DNA of 64,000 nt. It comes from Chiloscyllium plagiosum (Eukaryota). The notes below the pieces were generated by a model. It did not search any database. It worked only from the letters and a program-made list of their open reading frames with translations, and was not told where the DNA came from. Positions within the stretch are counted from its first letter, which is position 1, and each line of letters starts with the position of its first letter. Below, one piece after another: positions 26,340-39,280 of the stretch. Position numbers and translations under genes: made by a program. The stretch lies in assembly GCF_004010195.1 (NCBI RefSeq), contig NC_057720.1, forward strand, positions 15,578,430 to 15,642,429, in the 5' to 3' direction.

Positions 26340-27010
26340 TTGAATTAAATTGAATTGAATTGAATTTGAATTTAATTGAAGTTATTTATTGTCACGTGTA
26401 CCGAGTGAAAAGCTTTGCCTTGTGAGCAATACAGGCAGATCACAGCGTTAAATAGCATAGTTAAGTAAATAATAGGTAAACAGCGGCAAAAGCAAAAACA
26501 CAGGTAAGAGTTTGTGAGTCCATTCAGTATTATAACAACAGTAGGGTAGAAACTGTTTCGAAACCAGGCTGGTGCACGCATTCAGGCTTCTGTACCTTCT
26601 CTCCAATGGTAGAAGTTGTAGAGAAACATTGCTAGGGTAGGGATGGATCTTTAAGAATGCTGGCGGCCTTTCCTTGACAGCGAGCCTGGTAGATGGATTC
26701 TATAGATGGGAGATTGGCCTTTGCCACTCTCTGTAACTGTCTCCATTCTTGAATGGTACAGTTGCCATACCAGGTAGTGATGCATCCAGATAGAATGCTC
26801 TCGATGGCGCACCTATAAAATTTGGCAAGGGTTTTCGCCGTCATGCCAAATTTCCTCAGCTGTATGAGGAAGAAGAGATGTTTGGCCTTTGTAACCAGTG
26901 TGTCCACATGAAGAGTCCAAGAAAGCTTGTTGTGGATAACCACTTCCAGGAGCTTGACACTCTCCACTCGTTCCACGTCTGTGCTGTTAATGTGTAGGGG
27001 GGCATGTATT
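26340..27010 (-). mobile_element. Rex1/Babar-like LINE 3' fragment
   Basis: ORF 26632-26976 (FFLIQLRKFG...FYRCAIESILSGCITTWYG). (ttgaa)n tail. Confidence 0.85.
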
Positions 27011-28781
27011 CCTCATGAGAAGAGGATAATCCTCTGGGAACTATGCTCCACACCTTTAGATTTAGGTTTCATTGTCACATGTACTCAAGCACAGAGTACA
27101 AGAATACAGTGAAAAGTGCACATATGGCGCCATCTTAAATACAAAATGTGGGGGTACAAAATCTTCGTATAAAAGTAGAAAAATAAAGAAATAAAGTTAG
27201 AAGTCAAACATTACATTCATTTCTTAAGGCATGGGCCCTCAGATGCTCCAAGCTGGGCTTTCCCCAAGAGGGCATGCTCTCCCCTGCGTTGGCACGCATT
27301 CACCCTGGTTGGGCTAAGACCCAGCCTTGTTCGCCAGCCATCTTCACCGATGACCGCAGCTGCTGATCTCCATTTGGCACACTAGGCCTTGCCGCTGCTC
27401 ACAAGCCTCCAACCACGATCCATTGCCACTGACCACCGCCACCTGACTGCTGCTGCTGCCATCCGGGCCTGCGCTGGGCTCCATCCCCTGCCATGTTTCG
27501 CTGCCGTGTTAGCTGCCTCACTGCAGAGTCCCCACTTCGGTACCTCTCCGTAAAATCAACGAAGTCATGATGCGCTGACCGCGACCAGCCATCTCATGGT
27601 CAACGTCCCCCTGCTTCTGCACCAACTCTGCACCCCACACTCTCAAAAGTGCCAAGTAGGGAACGAGAGACAGATCTGACAACTGGGGTAAAGTGGGAGG
27701 TGGAAATTGTGGGTGAAGTGGCCGTCGGCATTAAGTTCTTGAGCGTGTGCTTCCTGTCGATGTAAATTCTGTTGCAAGTCCCCTCCACTTCCTTAAGTGT
27801 CAATACTTACTGTCACAGTATTATTGTGAAAATTTCCTTGCATTTGCTGTTTGTGTAGAGACTACTTCCTGTCACACATCCCTTGTTACAATTTGTTGTT
27901 AACACTCTGCCTCTGAACCAGTGTAACCTGCACCTCACTGAATATGACACAGGAGGTCTGCTAGCTGTCAATAAATTATTCTCCATTGTTAACATAGAAT
28001 AAAAGGATACAGTGATTATTCAGAAAATCTAAATTTTGTTACCGGCAAATCAAGATTAAAGACTTGTGCAGTTGTATAACCACTTCCAATACATGACCAC
28101 ATTGGACCTTTCAGTTGAACAGAAGTAGCTTCAGGATGTTACACTCACTCCCTGATGTACAGATTGAATCCTATTACATTCAATCCTAGGGAGGAAGGGA
28201 CCAATTATGATAAACAGGACAAGTGAAGGGCGACTATCTGATAGCATTTTGGTGTTTAAAATAAAACCTGAGTGTCTGTTTAGCAGAAATCTCTAGAGAA
28301 AAGGTGATTTTTTTTATGGTTTGCTGTAAATTAAATCTTGTTTTGCGCTTGTTACTGAAGGTTGCAAAATAACTTTAAACAGGAGAAGTGTTTGGTGCCA
28401 ACTTGTGACAGATAAATTGTCATTTTGTGGAAGCTCAAATTAATCGCTTTCCACTTTCATAATCCACTGATCTCCTTGCATCATGAAGGCGTTGTTATTG
28501 GATGAAACATTGGACCAAAAATATTTCTCCTGCTTTTCAACAATGATAATAACCCTGTCACCTCCCTCCCCTCTCTGCTCATTGATAAACCTCGACTTCA
28601 GTCTGGCAATGCCTTCATTTTAAAATTCTCATCCACGTTGCTCTGAGGGTCGTTTGGCCAGATGGTTTGAGATGCCAACGTAGTGGATTCAATTCCCACA
28701 CCGACTGAGGTTACCATGAAGGATTCTCCTTCTCAACCTCTCCCCTCGCCTGAGGTGTGGTGACCCTCAGACTAACCCACC

Positions 28782-29613
28782 TTGTGGGAGATTTGTTCTA
28801 ACCCAAGCAGCCATTTTGTCATATATTAAAGCCTGGAATCTATTTTAATTTGCATATTAGTGTCTACTTGTACGTTCCTAGGCTAAGAGAGGTGGCTGAC
28901 TAGCACCTGATAGTAAACTGTTTCCCAGCATGGAAATGTTCTTCTTTTATAAGAATCTATTGTTATATTGTTTCGGGTGACACGGTGGGTCAGTGGTTAG
29001 CACTCCAACCTCACAAGACCAGGGACCCAGGTATGATACCAGCCTTGGACGACTGTCTGTGGAGTATGCACATTCTCCCTGTATCTGCATCGATTCCCTC
29101 TGGGTGCTCCGCTTTCCTTCCACAGTCCAAAGATGTGCAGGTCAGGTGAATTGGCCATGCTAAATTGCCCGTAGTGTTAGGTGCAATAGTCAGAGGGAAA
29201 TGGGTCTGGGTGGGTTGCTCTTCGGAGGGTCGGTGTGGACTTGTTGGGCTGAAGGACCTGTTTCCACACTATAGGGAATCTAATCTAATCTTATTGTAAC
29301 ATTTCTTATCAATTACTAACCAACTGTCCAGGGTGCTAATCCATGTGACTGGGGCTAGTGACTGGCTGATTGCCCACTTAATCATTATAGTTCAATTAAC
29401 AGTTCGCTAATTGTTAAATGATTGTAACCTATATAACCACACAACTCTCTGTATCTTGTCGGAGTGACTTGTGACCATTAGGTTGACTTGTCTCTCCCCG
29501 TGAGCTCACGAATAAATGGTTACTAACTCAAGGTCTGTGTGACCTGATTACTTATCCAAGCTGGACTGCTACGAGCGAGTCACTCACTGCAATAATTCAT
29601 TTCATCCCCAACA
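28782..29613 (+). mobile_element. Solo LTR containing a nested HE1 SINE
   Basis: TSD CACC (28778-28781, 29614-29617). Ends TTGTGGG...CCCAACA. TATA-like 'ctatataa' at about 29430 and AATAAA at 29511. Confidence 0.7.
28975..29290 (+). mobile_element. HE1 SINE (V-SINE)
   Basis: tRNA head, V domain 'gcacattctccc...tccaaagatgtgcagg', HER1-like tail. Confidence 0.9.
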
Positions 29614-29794
29614 CACCTCCTATCTTCTCTCTCTTTTGCTTTACTGAAAGACTAGCCTTTGGTCCCTATATTGTTCTGTGACTTGCCTCCATCTGTCTGA
29701 CTTCCTGCAGGGCATGGCAGTCTGATATCTCTGTGTTCCTTCAAAATTATGTTTTACAACAGAGAGCACAACACAAGAACTAGAAGCAGGAGTA

Positions 29795-29924
29795 AAAACA
29801 ATGACTGCAGATGCTGGAAACCAGATTCTGGATTAGTGGTGCTGGAAGAGCACAGCATCTGGATTTCGAAGCTCCTTGGATGCTGCCTGAACTGCTGTGC
29901 TCTTCCAGCACCACTAATCCAGAA
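29795..29924. mobile_element. Palindromic PLE mini-element
   Basis: Inverted arms 'ttctggattagtggtgctggaagagcacagca'. 14-bp TSD tagaagcaggagta (29781-29794, 29925-29938). Confidence 0.85.
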
Positions 29925-30689
29925 TAGAAGCAGGAGTAGGCTGTTTGGCCCTTTGAGCCTGTTACGCCTTTCAGTAAGGACATGGCTGATGTTTTCGTGG
30001 CATCAGTTCCACTTACCTGCCTGTTCAACATAACCCTTAATTCCTTTATTGTTCAAAAAAAAATCCATCTGAGCTTTAAAAACGTTTGCTGAGGTAGTGT
30101 CAACTGGGCCAGGAATTCCATAGATTAACAACCCTCTGGGTGAAGAAGTTCTTTCTCAATTCAGTCCTAAATCTGTTCCCTCTGTCACAATTCTGAAGAA
30201 GTACAGTAAAGCATTCTGAAAATCTCAAGCCATGAAGAGTGTTAAATAAATGCAAGTTATTTCCTTATTTTGTTTGAGTCGTTGAAAGATATCTGCTGGG
30301 AGCAGGTGTGGTTTTGATGAGCAGAATGACTTCCTGCTGAAGGGAAAGGACTTTTATTGAGGAGACGTGTGGGAGGGTAAGCCCAGCAAAGTCTCTCAAA
30401 GACTGGAAGGTTTTGTAATGTACTCTCAAGCAATATTTTCTTCTGGTCCCTATGCTCCTCTCTGCTTACACTATTTCTGTCAATCTCTAAACATAGATGT
30501 GCAGCCTCAACCTCTCTAGGTCTTCAATTTCCTGCGCTATGGGTTGAGATTTACTTTGTGGATGTTGTGATTGGGTACCAGTTGTTTTGGGTGGGACTTA
30601 ATTCATTCACTCTCACTGTAGGGTGGTTGGTGAAGGCCTATAGTAAGAATCCCTACTACTGACACAACCTGCACTTAACAAAAATCCCG

Positions 30690-31460
30690 TAATGTTCCAA
30701 AACAGCACTGCTAACATGGCTGCCTTCTTCCATGACTGTGGTTTCCCACCCACTGTGGTTGATGGGGCCCTCAACCGTATCTAACCTATCACCCGTGTTT
30801 CCACCCTTGCCCCTTGCCATCACTCTACATTCGAGAAACCAAATGCAGACTGAGTGACCGCTTTGTGGAACACCTCCAGTCTGTGTGTAAGCAGGACACC
30901 AACCTGCCTCTAGCCGGTCATTTTCACCCAGCATCCTGCTCAATGTCTGTCCTCAGCATGCTGCAGCGTTCCAGTGAATCACTGCACAAACTGGAGGAAC
31001 AACACTCATCTTCAGACGAGGCACTTTACAACTTTCTGAACTCAATATTAAGTTCGACACCTTCACATTGTGAACCAACTCCCATTTCTTCTCTTTATTT
31101 TAGCTTTATTTGTTACATTCTCTGTCATCATGTCCTCTCTTCCAACTCCAGTGGGACTGACTTCTCTTTCAACTCTAGCAGTTAGACACACCATTGCTCT
31201 GCCGTTCCCACATTCTGATCACTTGATCTGAACTACTGACACCTTTTCTCCATCTGCACACTACATCCCACCACTGCCACACCCACACCCCCAACCGCCA
31301 CTGCCCTCTCCACAGTTCACTTCAGCTCTGATGAAGAGTCATCTAGACTCAAAACGTTATCTTGCTCTCTCTCCATGGACGCTGTCTGACCCGCTCTGAT
31401 CTCCAGCATTTTTTGTTTTCAGTATAGATTCCAGCGTCTGCAGTAATTTGTTCCTGTGTT
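30690..31460 (+). mobile_element. PLE, internally deleted (GIY-YIG plus terminal repeat)
   Basis: ORF 30814 (LYIRETKCRLSDRFVEHL...AGHF). Hammerhead core at 31328 with GAAA changed to AAAA. Confidence 0.85.
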
Positions 31461-31499
31461 TATTTATGTTGTGACTATATCACACGAATGTAACACCAG

Positions 31500-32490
31500 C
31501 TCCAGGACATCCCTGCAGGAATTCCTCAGGGTAGTGACCTCAGCACAGACATCTTCAGCTGCTTCATCAATGTCCTTCCCTCCATCATAAGGTCAGAAGT
31601 GGGGATGTTCGCTAATGATTGCACAATGTTCAGCACCATGCGCTACTCCTCAGATACTGAAGCTGAAGAAACTACAGCTCCATGTCCAAATGTAACAAGC
31701 TCTGGAAAACATTCAGGCTTGGGCTGACAAGTGGCAAGTAACATTCGCGCCACACAAATGCCAGGCTATGACCATCACCAATAAGAGACAATATAACTAC
31801 AGCACCTTGAAATTCAGTGGTGTTACCGTCACTGAATCCCCCACTATCAACATCCTGGGAGCTATCATTGATCAGAAACTTAACTGGACTCACCACATAA
31901 ATGCAGTGACTATAAGAGCAGGTCAGAGGGTAAGAACACTGCAGCAGGTAACTCACCTCCTGACTCCCCAAAGCCTATCCACAAGGCACAAGTCAGGAGT
32001 GTGATGGAATACTCCTCACATGCCCGAATGAGTGCAGCCCCAACAACACTCAAGAAGCTTGACTCCATCCAGGACGAAGTAGCCCTCTCGATTGGCAGCA
32101 CATCCACAGACATCCACTCCCTTCACCACCAATGCTCAGGAGCAGTAGTGTGTATTGTCTACAAGATAAACTGTGTAGAGTCAGCAAATATCCTCAGACA
32201 GCACCTTCCTAACCCAAGATCACTTCCATCTAGAAGGACAAGGGCAGCAAAAACATGGGAACACCGCCAACTTCAAGCCACTCGCCATCCTGGCTTGGGA
32301 ATATATTGCCATTCCTTCGCTGCCAGTGATTTAAATTCCTGGAATTCCATCCCTAATGGCATTGTGAGTCAACCCACCTGCAGTGGTTCAAGAAAGCAGC
32401 TCACCTCCACCTTCTCAAGGGCAACTCGGGACGAGCAATAAATACTGGCCAGCCGGCGACGCCTACATCCCACTAAAATGAATTAATTTT
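31500..32490 (+). mobile_element. L2/CR1-like LINE, RT C-terminus and tail
   Basis: Motifs GIPQGS, FAND (FADD-like), ILGAIIDQKLNW and MEYSSHARM. Confidence 0.85.
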
Positions 32491-33959
32491 TTTAAAAAAT
32501 GCAGTGATGACACACAGCACTGATTCCATTGCACTGAGACTACAGAAGATGAAGCAAAGATCTTCATTCTGGAGTATCAGATTTCGTGATATTTTAATGA
32601 TACATTGCATTTCTGGGACCTATGTAACATTCATTCCTTCTTTTGACTTCAAAGAATGGGAACGCTTTTCCGATAAAAATAGACAAGGATGATTGTAGAA
32701 ACTACAGAATAAGATAACATGTTGGTGAATGACATTACCAGATCTAGTCCTTATATAATTATCATGACTTGGCTATGCAGCATCGACCTGCAGTGTGATG
32801 GATGTCTATCGTAGATGTCTGACATGGTCCTTTCAGTATACATGAATAACCATTCTTTATGATGGTGAGCAAATGCAGCTTGGATGGGTCTCTGCAGGAT
32901 TTGACCATGGCTTACCACAATGTCCAAGGATATGGCACTTTTCCATGAAACCATAATTTTTATATTCATTCCTGGGAAGTGGGCAGGAATTCCTAGGCCC
33001 TTTCCCAGTTGCCCTTGACAAGGTGGTGATGAGCTGCCTTCATGAACCACTACTGTCTGTGCACTGTTGATCGACCCACAATGTCTTTAGGGATGGAATT
33101 CCAAGATTTTGAGCCAGCGGCACTGAATAAATTCCCAAGTCTGGAAGGTAGTGAGATATACGTTCAACCAGACAAATTAGAGTAGGCCATTCATTCCCTC
33201 GAGCCTGCTGTACCATTCAACCTGATTTGGGCTGATCTGATTACTCCACATTGTGGCCCATGCACCCTGAAACCAAACTAACAAGATGGAAGCAGATACA
33301 TGGAAAAGGTGTACAAAAGAAGAAAAGCAGAGGTTTTTCATTCAGTCATGGGATGTGGGCAACACTGGCAAGGCCAGGATTTGGTAGTCATCCCTTAATG
33401 CCCTTACCCCAGGCTTGCTGAGCAGTTAAGAGTCAACCACAGTATTGGGGCCTGGAGTCACATATAAACCAGAACAGGTAAGAACTACAGATTTCTCACA
33501 GAATCCCTGAGGGGCAAAGTGAGAACCTGTGACAGTTCCTGCTACCAAGTTGCCGTCCAATGACCCTGCTGCTTATTTCCACATGTTGATGATAGGCAGA
33601 AGCAGAATGGAGCTAACCACTGATTAACAACCCACTCTCCTGCCCCATGCATGAGACAACACCACCTGGTTAAGCCATGAGGTCACAGGTGTTCTTTGCG
33701 TGAAAGTCTTGAACTCTAATTCATCATCACAGTTCAAGTCTGCATGTTTGTTAATCATGCTCTTGCACTATGTTCTCCTTTCTTTCCAATAACATGAAGT
33801 GTATGAGTGGCTGGGGGTAGACAGGATGGAGAGATGAACTATGTGAACCTGCTTAACAGGAATGTGAGTTACAGGTAAACCATTGCCTTGAGAAGTTGCA
33901 GATGGATTTATTCAAAAATTGTGGCAAGTTGCTTTTCATTTAACTAGCATAGATATTAA

Positions 33960-34164
33960 AGGGTCGGTTCGATCAGTTGGCTGGACAACTGGCTTGTGAT
34001 ACAGACTTATACCAGTTCAACTACTGTATTGGCCAAGGTTACCATGAAGGTGTCGTGCTCTTGACCTCACCCCTTGTTAGAGGTGTCGTGACCCTCAGGT
34101 TAAGCCACTACCAAGTGTCTCTCTCAAATGAGAGAGCGGTCCTGTGGAACTATGGTGACTTTAC
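33960..34164 (+). mobile_element. tRNA-derived SINE with (cttac)n-like tail
   Basis: Same core as 28650. The tail resumes after the LTR at 34785. Confidence 0.65.
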
Positions 34165-34784
34165 TGTCACAATGCTGGTCTGGTGCAAAGTTACTTTGCC
34201 TTGAGTTTTTTTGAAGAGATGGGGTAAATGGTCAAGCTCCATCATGCCTGGAGTTTGAATGGTTCATTGGGGGCCTTGCTGTTTACCCTAACAGAGAGGG
34301 CTTCAGGCCAAATGTTTGAAAGGTCTTTTGAAAAACTGGTATAGTCAAGAGGGCACGGCCAGCTGTCTAGCTGTGCAGTTCAATTCCATTCAGGAGTGAG
34401 TTGAGTAAGAATCACAGGGGAAACTGGAAGCCTTCTCTCTGTCCTTCTGCCCTTATGATTTTGAACTGTAAGTTGCCTGTGCCATTGTTTGTTGTTTGTG
34501 CTAAGGAATGTGTGTGTATATTGGGACTGTTGCAAGTATTTTCAGAACAGCATCATTAGGTCGGGTTTAGATAGGATACGTTATCTGGGATTCTGTTTTC
34601 TGTTCTTTGTGTTTCATTCCATATTCTTGTAAATAAATTTAGTTTGTTTAAAATCTGGCAGTTGACCCAGCTAATTTACTTTGGGAATATCCACTGTACA
34701 CCTAGTTAGAAACAAATAACAAAATTACGGCCTGGGCTACCTGCTTAAAAATGTTTTGAGGGGTCTGGCCTAGCCCATAACACA
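34165..34784 (+). mobile_element. Solo LTR
   Basis: TGTCAC...TAACACA with TSD TTAC. Internal AATAAA at about 34632. The 3' end resembles the reverse complement of the start of the 706 LTR. Confidence 0.7.
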
Positions 34785-35016
34785 TTACCTTTACCATTAC
34801 TGTATTAAAGGTGCAAGAGCGCTAGATCGAGGGTAGTGAGGAGAAATGGTTATAGTGTTGGATGGCCCAATTCCTGCACAGGTCTTGGAAGAATGTGTCA
34901 ATCTACTGCGAACGGTTGTCAGGCACAATTTGTTGAGGAACAACAAACACACTGAGTATGACAGATAATCTGCCCATGGCATATAACACTAGGAAACATA
35001 GTGCAACAATAGTGTA

Positions 35017-36835
35017 GGGGAGGTGATGGCCTAGTGATATTATCACAGGACTACTAATCTAATAACCCAGCTAATATTCTGGGACCTGGGTTTAAATTCT
35101 GTCATGACAGGTTGTGGAATTTGAATTCAATTAAAAATATCTGGAACTATTAATCTACTGAAAGCCATTAAACTATTGTCGAATGTCAGAAAACCCCATC
35201 TGTCTCACTAATACCCTTCCTACCTGGTCTGGTCTACATATGACTCTCGACAATGCAACTGACTCTGAACTGCCCTCTGAAATGGCCTAGCAAACCACTC
35301 AGCTGTATCAACTGTTGTGATGTATCAACAAAGAAATAAAACTAGATGGACCACCTGGCATTGACCAAGACAGCAGAAAAGACAACACCAGTAATAGTCC
35401 TGTCGACCCTGTAAAGTCCTCCTCACTAACTTCTGGGGATGAGTGCCAAAATTGGGAGAACTGTCTCACAGGCTAATCCAGCAACAGTCTGACATAGTCA
35501 TACTCATGGAATCATACCTTACAATGTCCCAGACACTACTATCACCGTCCCTGGATATGTCCTGTCTTACTAGCAGGACAGGCCCAGCAGAGGTGATGCA
35601 CAGTGATATACAATTGGGAGGGAGTTGACCTTGAAGTCCTCAACATTGATTCCAGACCCTGTGAAGTCTCATGGCTTCGGGTTAACCAATGAGCAAGAAA
35701 ACCTCCTGATTATCATGTACCATTCTCCCTCGTCTGGTCAATTGGTACTCCTCCATTTTGAACACCACTTGGAGGAAGCACTGAGAGTGACCAGGGCACA
35801 GATGTACTCTGGATGGGGGATTTCAATATCCACCACCATGACTGGCTCAGCAGCAGCAGCATGAGTGATTGAGCTGTTCAGTTAGCTGCTAGGTCTGTGG
35901 CAGGCGATGAGGGAACCAACAAGAGGGAAAAACATATTTGACATCATTGTTACATGTCTGTCCATGACATTATCAATAAGAGCAACCACTGCATAGTCCT
36001 TGTGGAGACAAAGTCCCGGCTTCACATTGTGAACAACCTCCATTGTATTGTGCATCGTGTTATCACTGCGGTAAATAGGGTAGACTTTGAGAAGATTGGC
36101 AACTTATGACTGGGTATCCATAGGTGCTGTGGACCAGCAACAGCAGCAGAATTGTACTCCAGCACATTCTGTAGCCCCACGGCCCAGCATATCCCCCACT
36201 CAACCTTTGCCATTAAGGCAGGGTATCAATGGAGAGTGCAGGAGGGCATCCCAGGAGCAGCAACAGGCATACCTGAAGATGAGCTGTCAACCTGGCGAAG
36301 CTACTGAACAGGACTAGTTAAGAGCCAGAGATGAGTAGCAAGTGATAGACAGAGCTAAGCAATCCCACAACCAATGGATCAAATCTAAGCTCTGAAGTTC
36401 TGCCACATCCAGTCATGAATGATGATGGATAATTAAACAAAGGAGGGGGATCCATAAATATCCCCATCCTCAATTATGGAAAAGCCCAGCACATCCGTGC
36501 AAAAGGTAAGGCTGAAGCATTCACAGTGCCAAGCGAATGAACCATTGTAGCCTCCTCCAGAGGTCCCCAGCATTACAGATATTGGTCTTCACCCAATTCG
36601 ATTCACTCCACATAATTTCCAGAGATGGGTGGTACAAAGGCTATATGCCCTGAAAGCATTCCAACAATAGTACTGGAGATTTGTGCTCCAGAACTTGCCG
36701 CAACCCTAGCTAAGTTCTTGCAGTACAGTTACAACACTGGCATTGATCCAACAATGTGGAAAATTGCCCAGTTTTGTCCTGTACACAAAAGGCAGGACAA
36801 AACCAACCTGGCCATTTATCACCCCATCAGTCTCT
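35017..36835 (+). mobile_element. 5' part of an L2/CR1-like LINE: tRNA-like head, APE endonuclease, start of RT
   Basis: Motifs NFWG..PKLGEL..DIVILMESYL, MGDFN, WKIAQ and YHPISL, all degenerate. Confidence 0.8.
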
Positions 36836-36974
36836 TCTATGTTCTACGTAGATCAATGTGGAGAATATCTTTGAACTCAGATTTGATAATATCTACTTGT
36901 AGATCCAAAGGAATGTCTTTGTTCTTTCTTGGATTTGAAATTGGCAAAGAACCTCAGAAAGGACCTCAGCGGCA

Positions 36975-37205
36975 ACCTTTTCATGCAGAGGTGGTGTGTG
37001 TACGAAATTAGTTTCCAGAGCAAGTGGTGGATGCTGCCTTCTTAACTACAACATATAAAAGGCATCTGGATGGGTGTAAGAACAGGAAGGGTTTCAAGGG
37101 ATATGGACCAAATGCTCCGAGATTAATTTAGGATATCTGGTTGGCATGGACTGGAGGATTGAAGGGTCTGCTTCTGTGCTGTACAACCCGATGACATTAT
37201 GACTG
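36975..37205 (+). mobile_element. HER1/CR1 3' tail
   Basis: Matches the HER1 3' end. Confidence 0.75.
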
Positions 37206-37412
37206 TAGTCATCTGGGAATAATATTTGTATTATTTCCTAAATCCTATCCTTGGATTATCACAAGTAGACATTCTAGTTGTAGAGATGTTCTTGTGAGTG
37301 ACTTACAATAGATCGTTTGTAACAGTCTGTGGGGAGTATGATCAATGAAAGGCTTGCCATGTTGGTATGTGCAGAACAGGGGTGGCATGGTGGCTCAGTG
37401 GTTAGCACTGCT

Positions 37413-38937
37413 TTTTTTTATTTCAAAATATACTTTATTCATTGAAATAAATCTTTGGTACTTGTACAATTTGTCATGTCGTTCATAGATATATACATTG
37501 CATGTCTTAACATTACAAAGAACAGTATGAATTACTCGAAATGACAGTTATCTTATTTACAGTTCCCTTTATTAACCATCCAGTCTCTTATTATTTAGCT
37601 GTGGCTTCAGCAGAACTGAGTGGGTGCCCTGTTATACTATAGCAAATGAACCTTCTTTAACCCCCAGTGTATGGGGTTACCGTTGTCCATTTGACTGTCC
37701 TGTCTCTGGGGTCGCTGCCTGCATCCCCATGGTGAGCGCGAACTGCTGGACCCTCGCTGGGCTGAGGTAGCTATCCAGCTCCTCACTGGGGTCATTTACT
37801 CGCTCTGGAGTCATTGAGCCAAGGCAAGGGTCCGCATCGTCCAGTTCTGTGTCTGACAATGGGACGCTCTCAGTTGTCTGTAGTTGTGGGGCAGTGGGTA
37901 CCCCCTGGTTCTCACTGGGTGGAGGGTGGATTTTGGGAGGTCCGTTGTTTCCTGGTTGGGAGGAAATGCCCTCCTCTTTATCTACGGCGCTCTGTCTCTT
38001 CTTCTGGTGGTGATGACATTCTGTGCGCCTGTCTTTCCCATCCGACGAGCTGGCCATCCCTCCCTCGTGCAGCTGTCTTTTCCCCCTTTGCTGGGAGGCT
38101 TTGGGGGCCTGGCCGGATTTTCTCTTCCTGTTTTTAACAGGTATCCACTCCTCTGNNNNNNNNNNNNNNNNNNNNNNNNNNNNNNNNNNNNNNNNNNNNN
38201 NNNNNNNNNNNNNNNNNNNNNNNNNNNNNNNNNNNNNNNNNNNNNNNNNNNNNNNNNNNNNNNNNNNNNNNNNNNNNNNNNNNNNNNNNNNNNNNNNNNN
38301 NNNNNNNNNNNNNNNNNNNNNNNNNNNNNNNNNNNNNNNNNNNNNNNNNNNNNNNNNNNNNNNNNNNTCCCTCCAATTGCGAAGCTCGAGGGTGGGTGGA
38401 GAATGTTCCCATTGTCATCGACCCTCAGAGTTACCCTGACCTGCCGCTTACTGGTCCAGATCCCAAAGGGGTCGATCACATCGGTGGCTTCTCCCTCAAC
38501 TTGGACGTACCTTCCCAGGAAGTTCAGGACATCAGCCGCTGGACCATAGAGGTTGTACATATGGATTGTAACAACCCGACTCCTCTGTGCAGGAAGCACA
38601 CACAATGGGATTGCTGACAAGATGGAGAACAGCGGCTCCCCTTCCGTCTCCTTGAAGACCTTCAGGAGCTGTTCACACTGCTTCACACTTCTGAAGGTCA
38701 CATCAAAGTAGCCTGCCCCAGGGAAATCCTGCAGGCAGTACACATCCGCTGCAGTAAACCCACAGCATCCCAGCAGCACTTCCTTAATAAACTGAATGCG
38801 GTCGACCGGTGTACGATCCTCTACCTTCTTCACAGTCACCCTGACTGTGTTTCGAATCCCCTGCCCAGGGCTGCGGGCAGCTGTTGAGGCCATAGCTCTG
38901 AGGTTGGCTGGTCCCTGAATTAGCACCAGGCCAAAGC
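37413..38937 (-). mobile_element. Tx1-clade non-LTR element, ORF1-only derivative
   Basis: PolyA (T-run at 37412-37419) and 3'UTR 'caaaatatactttattc'. ORF1 is present and ORF2 is absent. Confidence 0.8.
37677..38893 (-). CDS. Tx1 ORF1 (gag-like, ZCCHC3-like RNA-binding protein), interrupted by an assembly gap
   Basis: MASTAARSPGQGIRNTVRV...CLQDFPGAGYFDVTF...DPFGIWTSKRQV...HPPSSFAIGG. The C-terminus is ORF 37677-38057. The expected zinc knuckles would lie in the N gap. Confidence 0.75.
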
Positions 38938-39077
38938 CTGTTGCCTCAGTGCACCAGGAGCCTGGGTTCAATTCCCACCTCAGGTGACTGTCTGTGTAGA
39001 GTTTGCACATTCTCCCTGTGTCTGTGTGGGTTTCCTCCCACAGTCAGGTCAGGTGAATTGGCCAAGCGAAATTGACT

Positions 39078-39280
39078 GAAAATGTGTTGCTGGAACAGCG
39101 CAGCAGGTCAGGCAGCATCCAGGGAACAGGAGAATCGACGTTTCGGGCATAAGCCCTTCTTCAGGCTTATGGCCGAAACGTCGATTCTCCTGTTCCCTGG
39201 ATGCTGCCTGACCTGCTGCGCTGTTCCAGCAACACATTTTCAGCTCTGGTCTCCAGCATCTGCAGACCTCACTTTCTCCT
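39078..39280. mobile_element. Palindromic PLE mini-element
   Basis: Near-perfect inverted arms of about 75 bp. 15-bp TSD caagcgaaattgact (39063-39077, 39281-39295). Minus-strand core CTGAAGA-aGGGC-ttat-GCCC-GAAAC-GTC. Confidence 0.9.

Larger units (their letters stand above)
28650..29670 (+). mobile_element. tRNA-derived SINE (family also at 33960-34164), split by a solo LTR
   Basis: Shared core 'ggttaccatgaagg...gtggtgaccctcag'. Confidence 0.65.

Noticed and set aside
27812..28185. Minus-strand exon candidates with GTAAGT/GTGAGT donors
   Set aside because: The longer versions have stops in all frames, the acceptors are weak or the segment is very short, and nothing links them to a gene.
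37982..39010. Host ZCCHC3-like gene, 342 aa
   Set aside because: It is intronless, ends in polyA and splits a SINE. The N-terminal extension is antisense SINE sequence and the frame across the gap is arbitrary. It is Tx1 ORF1.
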